A stretch of DNA of 64,000 nt from Flavobacterium sp. (GCF_044369455.1 NZ_JBIPLW010000009.1:4967-68966); one strand, 5' to 3'. Shown: positions 45,733 through 55,551, numbered from the stretch's first letter. A program made the numbers and translations. The notes: generated by a model from the sequence alone, not told the origin.

Positions 45733-46263
45733 ATGAAATTAGTTTTTTTTCTTATTACAATTTCTTTTGCGATGAATTCAATATTATTGTTCGATTTTAC
45801 TGAGAAATGCGATATTTCTAATTGGAAAATTGTTGATGACGGAGTGATGGGTGGCCTTTCATCAAGTACTTTTAGGGTTGATCGTGACGGTAACGGAAAC
45901 TTTTCAGGAACTGTTTCTACTGATAATAATGGTGGATTTTGTTCGGTTCGTTATTTTTTCAAACCAATATCTCTAAAAAACCAAAAGACTTTCAGCATCC
46001 GATTAAAAGGCGATGGAAAAAAATATCAGTTTAGGGTGAAGTCTAAAGTTAGTGACTATTATTCCTATATATATGAATTTCAAACCACGTCCGATTGGCA
46101 AACAGTTGAAATTCCAATAACCGAAATGTATGCTTCTTTCCGAGGAAGAACCTTGAATCTTCCTAATTATGATGGGACAAATTTAGAAGAAATTGCCTTT
46201 TTAATTGGCAATAAGCAAAATGAAAACTTTCAATTGATGATTGATAAGATAGAAGTGAAATAA
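45733..46263 (+). CDS. CIA30 family protein
   Basis: 176 aa with W.IVDDGVMGGLSSS and NNGGFCSVR. The start is 2 nt after the GH13 stop. Confidence 0.75.
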   Translation: MKLVFFLITISFAMNSILLFDFTEKCDISNWKIVDDGVMGGLSSSTFRVDRDGNGNFSGTVSTDNNGGFCSVRYFFKPISLKNQKTFSIRLKGDGKKYQFRVKSKVSDYYSYIYEFQTTSDWQTVEIPITEMYASFRGRTLNLPNYDGTNLEEIAFLIGNKQNENFQLMIDKIEVK

Positions 46264-46300
46264 TAGACAAACCAGTAAAATTTTTTAGTCTGGTTTTTAT

Positions 46301-47572
46301 TTATCTCATTATCGTCTGCTTTCTATCTGGACCAACAGAAACTATTTTTATAGGTACTTCGACTTCCTTTTCAATAAATTCTATATAGTCTTTTAACTCT
46401 TTTGGCAAACTTTCAAAAGTGGTTAGTCCGGTCAAATCTTGCTTCCAACCTTTAAATTCAGTATAAATAGGCGTTACGTTTTCTTCTTCAATATTATACG
46501 GTAAATGTTGAATCACTTCGCCTTTGTAGTTATAAGCAGTGGCCACTTTTAAAGTGTCAAAACCCGAAAGCACATCGCCTTTCATCATCATCAATTGCGT
46601 TACGCCATTAATTTGAATAGCATATTTCAAGGCTACTAAATCCAACCAACCACAACGGCGTTTCCTTCCTGTCACCGAACCAAATTCGTTGCCTACACTT
46701 GCCATCATATCTCCAGCTTCGCCAAAATCTTCGGTTGGAAATGGTCCAGAACCCACACGCGTGGTATACGCTTTGAAAATACCGTACACTTCTTTAATTT
46801 TATTTGGTGCAATGCCTAAACCAGTACAAGCGCCAGCAGCCGTGGTGTTTGATGAAGTTACAAACGGATAGGTTCCAAAATCAACATCCAACAACGAACC
46901 TTGTGCACCTTCACAAAGAATCGATTTTCCAGCTTTTTGAGCTTGTGCCAAATATTCCTCGCTGTCGATAAAATCTAATTTTCGTAAGTCTTCAATGGCT
47001 TCAAAGAATTCATTTTCCATTTCAGCCAAATTATACTGAATATTTACATCATAAAATGCAATCATCGCTTCATGCTTGTCCGCCAAAGCTCTATAACGTG
47101 CTGCAAAATCAGCTAGTTCAATATCGCCTACACGAATGCCGTTTCTTCCGGTTTTATCCATATAGGTTGGTCCAATTCCTTTGAGTGTAGAGCCAATTTT
47201 GGCCTTCCCTTTTGAAGCTTCCGAAGCGGCATCAAGCAAACGATGCGTTGGCAGAATCAAATGCGCTTTTCTTGAAATAAACAATTTTGATTTCAAATCG
47301 AGATTGAATTTGGCCAAACCGTCAATTTCACTTTTAAAAACCACGGGGTCAATAACGACACCATTTCCGATAAGGTTGATATTATTACCATGAAAAATCC
47401 CTGAGGGAATAGTTCTTAATACATGTTTTATACCATCAAATTCAAGTGTGTGCCCAGCATTTGGTCCGCCTTGAAATCGAGCAATAATGTCGTATTTTGA
47501 AGTAAGAACGTCAACAATTTTTCCTTTGCCTTCATCGCCCCATTGTAATCCTAGTAGTAAATCTACAGTCAT
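46301..47572 (-). CDS. purA: Adenylosuccinate synthase
   Basis: 423 aa with GLQWGDEGKGK, GNGVVIDP, KGIGPTY and GTTGRGIG-like segments. Confidence 0.95.
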   Translation of the reverse strand: MTVDLLLGLQWGDEGKGKIVDVLTSKYDIIARFQGGPNAGHTLEFDGIKHVLRTIPSGIFHGNNINLIGNGVVIDPVVFKSEIDGLAKFNLDLKSKLFISRKAHLILPTHRLLDAASEASKGKAKIGSTLKGIGPTYMDKTGRNGIRVGDIELADFAARYRALADKHEAMIAFYDVNIQYNLAEMENEFFEAIEDLRKLDFIDSEEYLAQAQKAGKSILCEGAQGSLLDVDFGTYPFVTSSNTTAAGACTGLGIAPNKIKEVYGIFKAYTTRVGSGPFPTEDFGEAGDMMASVGNEFGSVTGRKRRCGWLDLVALKYAIQINGVTQLMMMKGDVLSGFDTLKVATAYNYKGEVIQHLPYNIEEENVTPIYTEFKGWKQDLTGLTTFESLPKELKDYIEFIEKEVEVPIKIVSVGPDRKQTIMR

Positions 47573-47595
47573 TGTGTTGTTTTTTATAATTACTA

Positions 47596-48234
47596 TTAAT
47601 GGTTGCTTATATTTTCAAACATATTAGTGTTTAGTTCAATTTTCATATTTTTCGCTAAATCCCAATTTACCATTTTATATAAGTCTTTCATAGCTTTTTT
47701 ATCTCTTTCAAATTTATCTTCAAAATTTATAACACGTTCTCCTTTATTGGCATATTCATTTATATTTATATTGCCTATATATATAATTTCTCCTTTATTT
47801 ACCTCAAAATTTGATGTAACTGTTGATACGTGTTTATATTGAGGTGCATAATCAAAAAGCTTAAAAATAGTAAATTTTGCAGAAGATAAATTGTATAGTC
47901 CTGGTACTTTTTCTAGAACAAAAAGATACGTTCTTCCACCATCAAGTTCTCCATAATGTTTGCCTACAAACATAGTAGGGTCAATCCTTAAATTTTTGGT
48001 ATATTTTCTTTGTAATTTTTTATCTGGTGAAATATAAACTATTGGAAAAGTATAATTATCAAATCTCATTTTATCATCTGGAAATGTTATGGTCCCAAAT
48101 AGTAGTCCGTTTTCTGTATAATCTCTATGAAACCGTAATTGCTCTTCGGGAAGTCTTTGTGCTAAGCTGTTTGAATTTAAAGAAAAGAGTATAAATAATA
48201 GAAATACAAAAGATAAATGGTTTTTCTGTTTCAT
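47596..48234 (-). CDS. Hypothetical secreted protein
   Basis: Trimmed to MKQKNHLSFVFLLFILFSLNSNSLAQ (signal peptide). The longer ORF would overlap fur by 110 nt. Confidence 0.6.
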   Translation of the reverse strand: MKQKNHLSFVFLLFILFSLNSNSLAQRLPEEQLRFHRDYTENGLLFGTITFPDDKMRFDNYTFPIVYISPDKKLQRKYTKNLRIDPTMFVGKHYGELDGGRTYLFVLEKVPGLYNLSSAKFTIFKLFDYAPQYKHVSTVTSNFEVNKGEIIYIGNININEYANKGERVINFEDKFERDKKAMKDLYKMVNWDLAKNMKIELNTNMFENISNH

Positions 48235-48244
48235 TTGGTAAATA

Positions 48245-48697
48245 TTATTCTTTTTTATTCGCGTAGAAATAAAGCGAATGATTGTGTATGTCAATCCCAA
48301 AGATTTCTTCAATCGTTTGCTTAATAGTTTGAATTCTAGGATCACAAAATTCAATCACTTCACCAGTATCAGTCATTATGATATGGTCGTGTTGTCTGTC
48401 AAAATACGATTTTTCATAATGTGCCTGATTTTGTCCAAATTGATGTTTACGAACCAACCCACAATCGAGTAAAAGTTCAATGGTATTGTATAAAGTTGCA
48501 CGAGAAACACGATAGTTTTTGTTTTTCATTTTGATATATAAATTCTCAATATCAAAATGTTCTTCGCTATCATATATTTCGTGAAGAATAGCATAACGCT
48601 CGGGTGTTTTTCGGTGTCCTTTGTTTTCAAGATACAATGTAAAAACATTCTTTACCGTCTCTTGATTTTTGATATTATCTGATGCAATTAGTGTCAT
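48245..48697 (-). CDS. fur: Fur family transcriptional regulator
   Basis: 150 aa. Winged helix ..[14 protein letters not shown].., and HDHIIM..G..IEF. The metal specificity (Fur/Zur/PerR) is not determinable by eye. Confidence 0.8.
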   Translation of the reverse strand: MTLIASDNIKNQETVKNVFTLYLENKGHRKTPERYAILHEIYDSEEHFDIENLYIKMKNKNYRVSRATLYNTIELLLDCGLVRKHQFGQNQAHYEKSYFDRQHDHIIMTDTGEVIEFCDPRIQTIKQTIEEIFGIDIHNHSLYFYANKKE

Positions 48698-48701
48698 GTG
48701 A

Positions 48702-48709
48702 CAAAGGTA
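48702..48709 (-). promoter_or_regulatory. Candidate -7 box only 4 nt from the fur ATG (possible leaderless transcript)
   Basis: Minus-strand TACCTTTG followed by tcacATG. Confidence 0.3.
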
Positions 48710-48769
48710 ATTTTTTTGTTTAAGGTTTAAAAGTTTACAAGTTTAAATATTAACAATGTGCTGTGAATA

Positions 48770-50989
48770 TTAATTGGTATAAACCCTTGTTACTTTATCA
48801 ACACCATCTATTTTTTTGATATTGTCAATTAATTTTTTCAAAATAGCATTGTTTTGTACAATTACGGCAACTTGTCCGTTAAAAATCCCAGCATCACCAC
48901 TTAGTGAAATACTTTGAATATTTACGTGCATGTTGTTAGAAATTACTTTAGTCAGTTCGTTTGTTAATCCCAAACTATCCATGCCAGTAATTTTCAAAAT
49001 GGCTTTAAATTCTTGTTGGGATGAGTCAATCCATCGGGCCTGCATAATGCGATAGGCATAATTGGATTGCAACGTTATGGCGTTTGGACAATCTTTTTTA
49101 TGCACTTTTATACCTTCATTAATCGTAATAAAACCAAACACCTTATCACCCGGAATCGGATTGCAACAGGAAGATAATTTATAATCTAATTTATCTTGCT
49201 CTAAGCCAAAGACCAACATGTCATAATTGCTATTGAGCACTTGTTTATTAATGTCTTCTGGAGCAGCGCTAGGTGAGCGTTTTATTTTACTCTTGAAGAA
49301 GTTCATTAAAGTATTGCTTTTTTGGGCGGCAAAGTCCTTGAGTTGTTGGTTTTCAATAGAGCCAATTCCAACGCGGTAAAACAAGTCTAGGCTGGTTTTT
49401 AAATTAAAGAAATTTACCAATTCATTTATCACAGTTTCACTAAGTGTGATTTTTAAATGTTTCATTTTTCGGGTTAATAATTCCCTTCCATCTTCGGCAA
49501 TTTTTTTAGTGTTTTCGTTGAGAACATTTCTGATTTTATTTTTCGCTCTTGAAGTCGTCACATAATCCAACCAGTTAATTGTTGGTTTTTGATGTACAGA
49601 GGTAATAATTTCTATTTGGTCGCCACTTTTTAATTCATGATTGAGCGGGACTAGTTTTCCGTTCACACGAGTTCCTCTAGTTTTGATTCCAATTTCGGAG
49701 TGAATACTAAATGCAAAATCGAGAGATGTTGCTCCTTTAGGTAATGATTTTATTTCTCCTTTGGGTGTAAAGACAAAGATTTCTTTGGCGTAAAGATTCA
49801 TTTTAAAATCTTCTACAAAGTCAACCGCATTGGTTTCTGAACTTTCTAAGGCTTCTTTTAAAAGGTTCAGCCACGTATCCAATCCGCTTTCTTCGGTAGC
49901 ACCATTTTTATATTTGTAATGAGCCGCATACCCTTTCTCTGCAATTTCGTCCATACGCTCGCTTCGTACTTGAATTTCTACCCAACGGCCTTTTGGCCCC
50001 ATCACAGTAATGTGCAACGCTTCGTATCCAGTAGATTTTGGCGAAGAAATCCAATCGCGCAATCGGCTTGGACTCGGGCGGTAATGATCGGTTACAATAG
50101 AATAAATTTTCCACGCCAAAAATTTCTCGTCATGCAAATTTGATTTATAGATTATTCGAAGCGCAAATTTATCATAGACTTCATCAAACGTTACGTTTTG
50201 AGCCGCCATTTTTCTTCGAATGGAGTAAATTGATTTTGGACGGCCTTTCATTAAATAGTCAACGCCTTCTTCATCAAGAGATTTTTTCAATACATCAGAA
50301 ATGGTTTTGATATAGTCATCCTGTTCCTCTTTGGTTTCTTTTATTTTGCTAACGATATCTTTAAAAACTTCAGGTTCTGTATATTTTAATCCTAAATCTT
50401 CGAGCTTGGTTTTGATATTATACAATCCCAATCGGTGGGCTAATGGAGCATAAATGTATAATGTTTCAGAGGCAATTTTTACCTGTTTATAATCGGGCAT
50501 CGAATCCATAGTTTGCATATTGTGCAAACGGTCTGCTATTTTAATTAAAATTACACGAACATCATCATTCAGAGTCAGGAGCATTTTACGGAAATTTTCC
50601 GCTTGCATCGAGATGTTCATGTCTTTTTTAACTTGAGAAATTTTAGTTAAACCTTCAACCAGATGGGCGATTTTTGGATTGAATTTTTTTTCGATATCTT
50701 GGATAGTTACATCAGTATCTTCAACTACATCATGCATCAATGCCGCTGCTATGCCTGTAGCACCTAACCCGATTTCAGATGCAACAATTTTGGCCACACC
50801 AATAGGATGAAAGATATACGCTTCGCCTGATTTACGGCGTTGATCTTTGTGCGCTTCTACGGCAACATCAAAGGCTTTTCGAATGAGTTTTTTATCAGAA
50901 TCAGTGAGTGTTTGATAACTTATGCGAAGTAATTCTTTGTATTCTCGTGCAATGGCTTTTTTTTCTTCTTCTAAATCTATTTCGATCAT
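48770..50989 (-). CDS. Bifunctional (p)ppGpp synthetase/hydrolase (RelA/SpoT homologue)
   Basis: Trimmed to MIEIDLEEEKK... HD domain HDVVEDT, synthetase RPKSIYSIRRKM..YEALHITV, plus TGS and ACT regions. Confidence 0.92.
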   Translation of the reverse strand: MIEIDLEEEKKAIAREYKELLRISYQTLTDSDKKLIRKAFDVAVEAHKDQRRKSGEAYIFHPIGVAKIVASEIGLGATGIAAALMHDVVEDTDVTIQDIEKKFNPKIAHLVEGLTKISQVKKDMNISMQAENFRKMLLTLNDDVRVILIKIADRLHNMQTMDSMPDYKQVKIASETLYIYAPLAHRLGLYNIKTKLEDLGLKYTEPEVFKDIVSKIKETKEEQDDYIKTISDVLKKSLDEEGVDYLMKGRPKSIYSIRRKMAAQNVTFDEVYDKFALRIIYKSNLHDEKFLAWKIYSIVTDHYRPSPSRLRDWISSPKSTGYEALHITVMGPKGRWVEIQVRSERMDEIAEKGYAAHYKYKNGATEESGLDTWLNLLKEALESSETNAVDFVEDFKMNLYAKEIFVFTPKGEIKSLPKGATSLDFAFSIHSEIGIKTRGTRVNGKLVPLNHELKSGDQIEIITSVHQKPTINWLDYVTTSRAKNKIRNVLNENTKKIAEDGRELLTRKMKHLKITLSETVINELVNFFNLKTSLDLFYRVGIGSIENQQLKDFAAQKSNTLMNFFKSKIKRSPSAAPEDINKQVLNSNYDMLVFGLEQDKLDYKLSSCCNPIPGDKVFGFITINEGIKVHKKDCPNAITLQSNYAYRIMQARWIDSSQQEFKAILKITGMDSLGLTNELTKVISNNMHVNIQSISLSGDAGIFNGQVAVIVQNNAILKKLIDNIKKIDGVDKVTRVYTN

Positions 50990-51099
50990 AGCATTTGTAA
51001 TCAGGTAGCTAAAAATAAGCATTACAAATTAGATGTGCAAATAGAAAATTTAAAAAAGCATTATTGATTAGTAAAAGTGATTACTAAATATATAGTTGT

Positions 51100-51239
51100 A
51101 AATCCCAAATCCCAAATCCCAAATCCCAAATCCCAAATCCCAAATCCCAAATCCCAAATCCCAAATCCCAAATCCTAAATCCTAAATCCCAAATCCTAAA
51201 TCCCAAATCCTAAATCCCAAATCCCAAATCCTAAATCCC
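51100..51239. repeat. Heptamer microsatellite (AAATCCY)20
   Basis: 20 contiguous units counted by hand. Units 1-10 are perfect AAATCCC. Units 11, 12, 14, 16 and 19 are AAATCCT. The minus strand reads (GGGATTT)n. Confidence 0.97.
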
Positions 51240-51242
51240 AAA

Positions 51243-52034
51243 TTATAATCCCCGTTGTCTTTTTGCTTCAAAAATCAAAATAGCTGCAGCTACTGACACA
51301 TTCATGCTGTCAATTTCTCCTTGCATCGGAATAATGATGTTTTGTGTTGCTTTTTCGCGCCAAAGTTGAGTTAATCCTGTAGCTTCAGTGCCTACAACCA
51401 AAGCCGTTGGAGTGGTATAATTTTGGGTGTGATACGAAGTTGAATTTTGTAACGTTGCGCTGTAGAAATTAATCTTGTTTTTGATTAAAAAATCGATAGT
51501 TTCTTCTGTTGAGGCCAGTGCAATTTGATTGGTAAACAGGCAGCCAACACTAGAACGTACAATATTTGGATTGAACAAATCGGTTTTTGGATTGGCAATA
51601 ATCACTGCGTCTACATTTGCAGCATCACAAGTTCTTAAGATAGCGCCAATATTGCCTGGTTTTTCTATGGCTTCCAAAACTACTAGTAATGGATTTTTCG
51701 GAAGCTTTAAATCTGAAAGTTGTAATGATTTGGTTTTGGCTACTGCTAAAATGCCTTCGGTGGTATCTCGATACGCTATTTTTTGATAGACTTCTTTAGA
51801 GATTTCTATGTTCTCGACTGTGCTCGAACTGATAATTTTTTTTAATTGCGTTTCAGAAACTAATTCTGTTAAAAAAAGAAAGGTTTCTATCTCGTAATTT
51901 CCTTTAATCGCCAATTCAATTTCACGCATCCCTTCTATCAAAAAAGTACCAAATTGTTTTCGAGCTTTGGCTTTTTCTTGTACTTGTACTAATGATTTTA
52001 TAAATGGATTTTGTGAAGAAGTAATTTGTTTCAT
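51243..52034 (-). CDS. TrmH/SpoU family RNA 2'-O-methyltransferase
   Basis: 263 aa with LEAIEKPGNIGAILRT, VVGTEATGL and SMNVSVAAAI. Confidence 0.85.
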   Translation of the reverse strand: MKQITSSQNPFIKSLVQVQEKAKARKQFGTFLIEGMREIELAIKGNYEIETFLFLTELVSETQLKKIISSSTVENIEISKEVYQKIAYRDTTEGILAVAKTKSLQLSDLKLPKNPLLVVLEAIEKPGNIGAILRTCDAANVDAVIIANPKTDLFNPNIVRSSVGCLFTNQIALASTEETIDFLIKNKINFYSATLQNSTSYHTQNYTTPTALVVGTEATGLTQLWREKATQNIIIPMQGEIDSMNVSVAAAILIFEAKRQRGL

Positions 52035-52070
52035 AATTGCTTTTGGATGTCCAAAGGTATCTTGTTTTTT

Positions 52071-53888
52071 TTAATGATGTAGATATAAAAATCCTTTCAA
52101 TGGTTCAGGATAATCGACATCATTTAAAAACAACAAATAAAAATAAGTACCATCGGGAGCGTTTTTGCTTCCAAAGCCATCTTTTACATAACCATTCCAA
52201 TCTTCTGTATTTTGATTTCCTGTCCAAAGTAATCTTCCCCAACGGCTATAAATTTCTAATTTAAAATCTAGAAATATATCCCTCAAACCTCCGATAGTGA
52301 AACTGTCGTTATACGTATCATTATTAACAGAAACATAGTTGTAAACGGTTGGAGGACAGTTTCTGGTTGTTAGAATAAAATCAGAAATCGCGAAACAATT
52401 ATCATTGAATATCCGAACATAGATTTCTTTTGGTGTTGCACTAGCTTGATAATTACTTGTATTTAAAATAGGACTAACATTATTAGTTGCATTTTCTAGG
52501 GTTTCGAAAAAACGCACACCGTCTAAAGGATTTGTTTTCACCAATTCCTCATAAGTAGAAAAATCAAATGTACCGCGAGTGAATCCTTCATTGCAAACAA
52601 CTAAATTTTCTAACGTATTAAAGGTTGGGGTTACCCAAAGTGAAACAGCAATAGTAGCTGTATTGTTGTTCTCGTTTAATTCGGCCACAATTCCTGTTCC
52701 GTCTCCACGATCATCTACAATAATTACTAAATTAAAATCTAAAGGCACATTAATAGGAATGGTGATTGTAGTTTGATAGCTCATACTTCCACCAATTGGT
52801 ATGGGAAGTGTTGTTTCATCATAAGCAGTAAAAACGCCGTCAACGTAAATCGCGATTGGCGTTCCCGGCGGCAGCACTTCAGTTGCATTTATGTTCGAAA
52901 CGGTATAATTCACAATAATTGTCCTTGAATCACATTCTTGTTCAATATTGTTTATTGCAACAGTGGCGTCGGCCAATTGACTGTTCAGTTTAGTGACTAT
53001 GGTATTTATTAAAACAAAATCTTGTGCTGTTGTCATTTTTACTTCAACAGAAGAGTTGCCAATGCTTATATAATTTTGGATGTCATAAATATCCAAATCC
53101 ATATTGTATAAACTGCTGCTTCCGGTAATGCTATTGGTGCCATTAAATGCATTATTTCCGGGATTCAAAGGTGGATTATCAATACTATTTCCATTAATCA
53201 ACAAAGATTCCTGATTTGAAATTGTTGCGTCCCCTTCCCAAGCTACAAATCCTAGTTTGGCCCCAGAATTATTCAAAACATTTAAGTTTCCTAAATTGAT
53301 GATCAACTGATCTTGAACGTCAACTACGGCAGTTGACAATGCTTCTAACCCGTCATAAACATTAATCTGATTTAGTGGTAATGTTGGATTGCCAAACACA
53401 ATTACGATTGCCCAGCCAGAAAAGTTGGTTCCGTTGTTGCAATAGGTATCCGGATTTAAAAAGGGAGATACATCAAGGTCAGAAAAACTATAGAGGCCAT
53501 TTCCAGTATTTTGTAATTGTGTTGTAACATCGGCAAAAGCACTAAAAAACGGATTTCCATTAGAACTTTGAATCGCCGAAAAATTTCGTTGAGATGTAAT
53601 GTCAATTCCATTTAATTTAACATTAAAATCACCAGTTCCCGAACCAGCCCAATACAAATAGGCGTTTTCGATGACATCAGTTGGACTTAAATTCAAAGTG
53701 GCGTCCGAGCTTGGCAATATGAGGCAAGGATCAAAAGCACCATTGGGCTGAACATTCAAGGTATTGCCTATAAAAGTGAAGTCAAAACGACCGTTGAACT
53801 GATTGTATAAGGATAGATTTTGCCCATTTGTTTTAAAAATGACACCAAAAAGTACAATAAAAAGGAAATAAAATCGTTTTAATCTCAC
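52071..53888 (-). CDS. T9SS type B sorting domain-containing surface protein
   Basis: 605 aa. Signal peptide. The C-terminus (..NDTYNDSFTI..LEIYSRWGRLLW..WNG...DGTYFYLL) matches the gliding-associated type B CTD. Confidence 0.75.
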   Translation of the reverse strand: MRLKRFYFLFIVLFGVIFKTNGQNLSLYNQFNGRFDFTFIGNTLNVQPNGAFDPCLILPSSDATLNLSPTDVIENAYLYWAGSGTGDFNVKLNGIDITSQRNFSAIQSSNGNPFFSAFADVTTQLQNTGNGLYSFSDLDVSPFLNPDTYCNNGTNFSGWAIVIVFGNPTLPLNQINVYDGLEALSTAVVDVQDQLIINLGNLNVLNNSGAKLGFVAWEGDATISNQESLLINGNSIDNPPLNPGNNAFNGTNSITGSSSLYNMDLDIYDIQNYISIGNSSVEVKMTTAQDFVLINTIVTKLNSQLADATVAINNIEQECDSRTIIVNYTVSNINATEVLPPGTPIAIYVDGVFTAYDETTLPIPIGGSMSYQTTITIPINVPLDFNLVIIVDDRGDGTGIVAELNENNNTATIAVSLWVTPTFNTLENLVVCNEGFTRGTFDFSTYEELVKTNPLDGVRFFETLENATNNVSPILNTSNYQASATPKEIYVRIFNDNCFAISDFILTTRNCPPTVYNYVSVNNDTYNDSFTIGGLRDIFLDFKLEIYSRWGRLLWTGNQNTEDWNGYVKDGFGSKNAPDGTYFYLLFLNDVDYPEPLKGFLYLHH

Positions 53889-54001
53889 AGCAATCGGTTT
53901 AACGAGCTAAAGTTAAGTAATTATTTTTGAAAACGGATTTTTTGATTAAAGAGACTTTTTTTAAAATAAATGTTTAATTTTCCGATGTTTAAAAACTAAA
54001 C

Positions 54002-54979
54002 GTGAAAAACTATACTGTCAGACAATATACCATAGAAGATTTTGCAGTTTGGAATGCTTTTATTAGTACTGCCAAAAATGCCACTTTTCTTTTTCATCGT
54101 GACTTTATGGAATACCATGCTGATCGATTTCAGGATTTTTCGATTTTGGTTTTTGAAGGCGAAAAATTGGTTTGTGTTATTCCGGCAAATAGATTAGATA
54201 ACACACTTTTTTCCCATCAGGGATTAACCTATGGTGGATTTGTTTTTGACAGTAAAATCAAATTGGGAGAAGTTATTGCTCTAACAAAATCTGTTTTGCA
54301 GTTTTTGAATCAAAATAGCATTAAAACTTTTCAAGTGAAATTAATTCCATCAATTTATAATACTTTTTTTGCTGAAGAAATTGAATATGCTTTGTTTTTG
54401 GCAGATGCTAAATTAGTTCGTAGAGATTGTCTTTCAGTTATTGATTTAACCAAACCTTTTTCGTTTTCTAAAACCCGAAAAGAAAGCATTAGACGTGGTG
54501 AAAAGAACAATTTAGTCATAAAGGAGGAGCTTGAATTTGATTTATTTTGGAATGAAATTTTAATTCCTAATTTGGATAAAAAACATAACGCCAAACCAGT
54601 TCACATTGTAGCAGAAATTATAAACTTGCAACAAAAGTTTCCTGATAACATTCGACATTTTAATGTATATCACGAAGATAAAATTGTGGCAGGCACAACT
54701 ATTTTTGTTACAGATAAAGTAGCACATCCACAATATATTTCGGGAAATGAGCAGAAGAATGAATTAGGAAGTTTGGACTATCTTTACCATCATTTGATTA
54801 CAACTGTTTTTAAAAACAAAAATTATTTTGATTTTGGACCTTCACATGAAGAAAACGGCAAAAAAATAAACGAAGGTATTTTGTTTTGGAAAGAAACTTT
54901 TGGAGCCAAAACGACAGTACAAGATTATTATGAAGTAAATACAGAAACTTATCTATTGTTAGATGGTGTTTTAATTTAA
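54002..54979 (+). CDS. FemAB-like/GNAT-fold acyltransferase (glycan locus)
   Basis: 325 aa with a GTG start. Resembles the two-GNAT-lobe FemAB family. First gene of a tightly spaced + strand operon. Confidence 0.5.
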   Translation: MKNYTVRQYTIEDFAVWNAFISTAKNATFLFHRDFMEYHADRFQDFSILVFEGEKLVCVIPANRLDNTLFSHQGLTYGGFVFDSKIKLGEVIALTKSVLQFLNQNSIKTFQVKLIPSIYNTFFAEEIEYALFLADAKLVRRDCLSVIDLTKPFSFSKTRKESIRRGEKNNLVIKEELEFDLFWNEILIPNLDKKHNAKPVHIVAEIINLQQKFPDNIRHFNVYHEDKIVAGTTIFVTDKVAHPQYISGNEQKNELGSLDYLYHHLITTVFKNKNYFDFGPSHEENGKKINEGILFWKETFGAKTTVQDYYEVNTETYLLLDGVLI

Positions 54980-54984
54980 AGTAT

Positions 54985-55545
54985 ATGAATAGAATAAAAT
55001 ATTTTTTTTTCGTTTTTTTAAGGATTTGGAAGTATAAATTGCTTTCGGATTGCCAACGAGTAACAGGAAAACCAAATTTATACTTACCGCTTTTACTTAA
55101 AGGAAAAGGAAAAATTAATTTTGGTAAAAACGTTCAAATTGGGGTAATTGCATCTCCAAACTATTATTCACATTATACTTTTTTAGAAGCCCGAAATAGC
55201 GAAAGTGAAATTATTTTTGGAGATAATGTTTCGATAAATAATGCGTTTTCTGCAGTAGCTTTTTCAAAAATAACGATTCAAAACAATGTTTTAATTGGGG
55301 TTAATTGTTCGATTATTGATAATGACGGTCATAATCTAGATGTTGATAAAAGAGTAAGAGATGATATTAAATCAGTAGCAGTTACAATTAGTGAAAATGT
55401 TTTCTTAGGCGATAATGTGACTATCCTAAAAGGCGTAACTATTGGCAAAAATTCAGTAATTGGTAATAGTTCGATTGTAACTAAAAACATACCCGAAAAT
55501 GTAATAGCCGCAGGAAATCCGGCAAAGGTGATTAGAGATTTATAA
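54985..55545 (+). CDS. Left-handed beta-helix (hexapeptide-repeat) O-acetyltransferase
   Basis: 186 aa with hexapeptide repeats (IGVNCSIIDNDGH, LGDNVTILKGVTIGKNSVIGNSSIV). Confidence 0.8.
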   Translation: MNRIKYFFFVFLRIWKYKLLSDCQRVTGKPNLYLPLLLKGKGKINFGKNVQIGVIASPNYYSHYTFLEARNSESEIIFGDNVSINNAFSAVAFSKITIQNNVLIGVNCSIIDNDGHNLDVDKRVRDDIKSVAVTISENVFLGDNVTILKGVTIGKNSVIGNSSIVTKNIPENVIAAGNPAKVIRDL

Positions 55546-55551
55546 CCTATT

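Noticed and set aside
48245-48354. An apparent 110-nt overlap between ORF 47596-48354 and fur.
   Set aside because: This is an artefact of N-terminal over-extension. An internal ATG at 48234 gives a canonical signal peptide (MKQKNHLSFVFLLFILFSLNSNSLAQ) and removes the overlap.
3739-51022. Long N-terminal extensions in the ORF track for 3739-4614, 5292-5663, 17965-18285, 20652-21611, 26727-27653, 33765-34295, 35764-36369, 37189-37827, 38460-39254 and 48770-51022.
   Set aside because: In each case a downstream in-frame start gives the canonical family N-terminus or signal peptide. The extension also covers a terminator hairpin, a -7 box or the neighbouring gene. Those starts were therefore trimmed in the feature list.
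51100-51239. The heptamer and hexamer arrays (also 40700-40795 and 8764-8801) as CRISPR arrays.
   Set aside because: The units are 6-7 bp with no unique spacers, and there are no cas genes in the window. They are simple microsatellites.
51100-51239. (GGGATTT)n as a plant-type telomere repeat (TTTAGGG).
   Set aside because: No circular permutation of GGGATTT equals TTTAGGG or its complement. The resemblance is only compositional.
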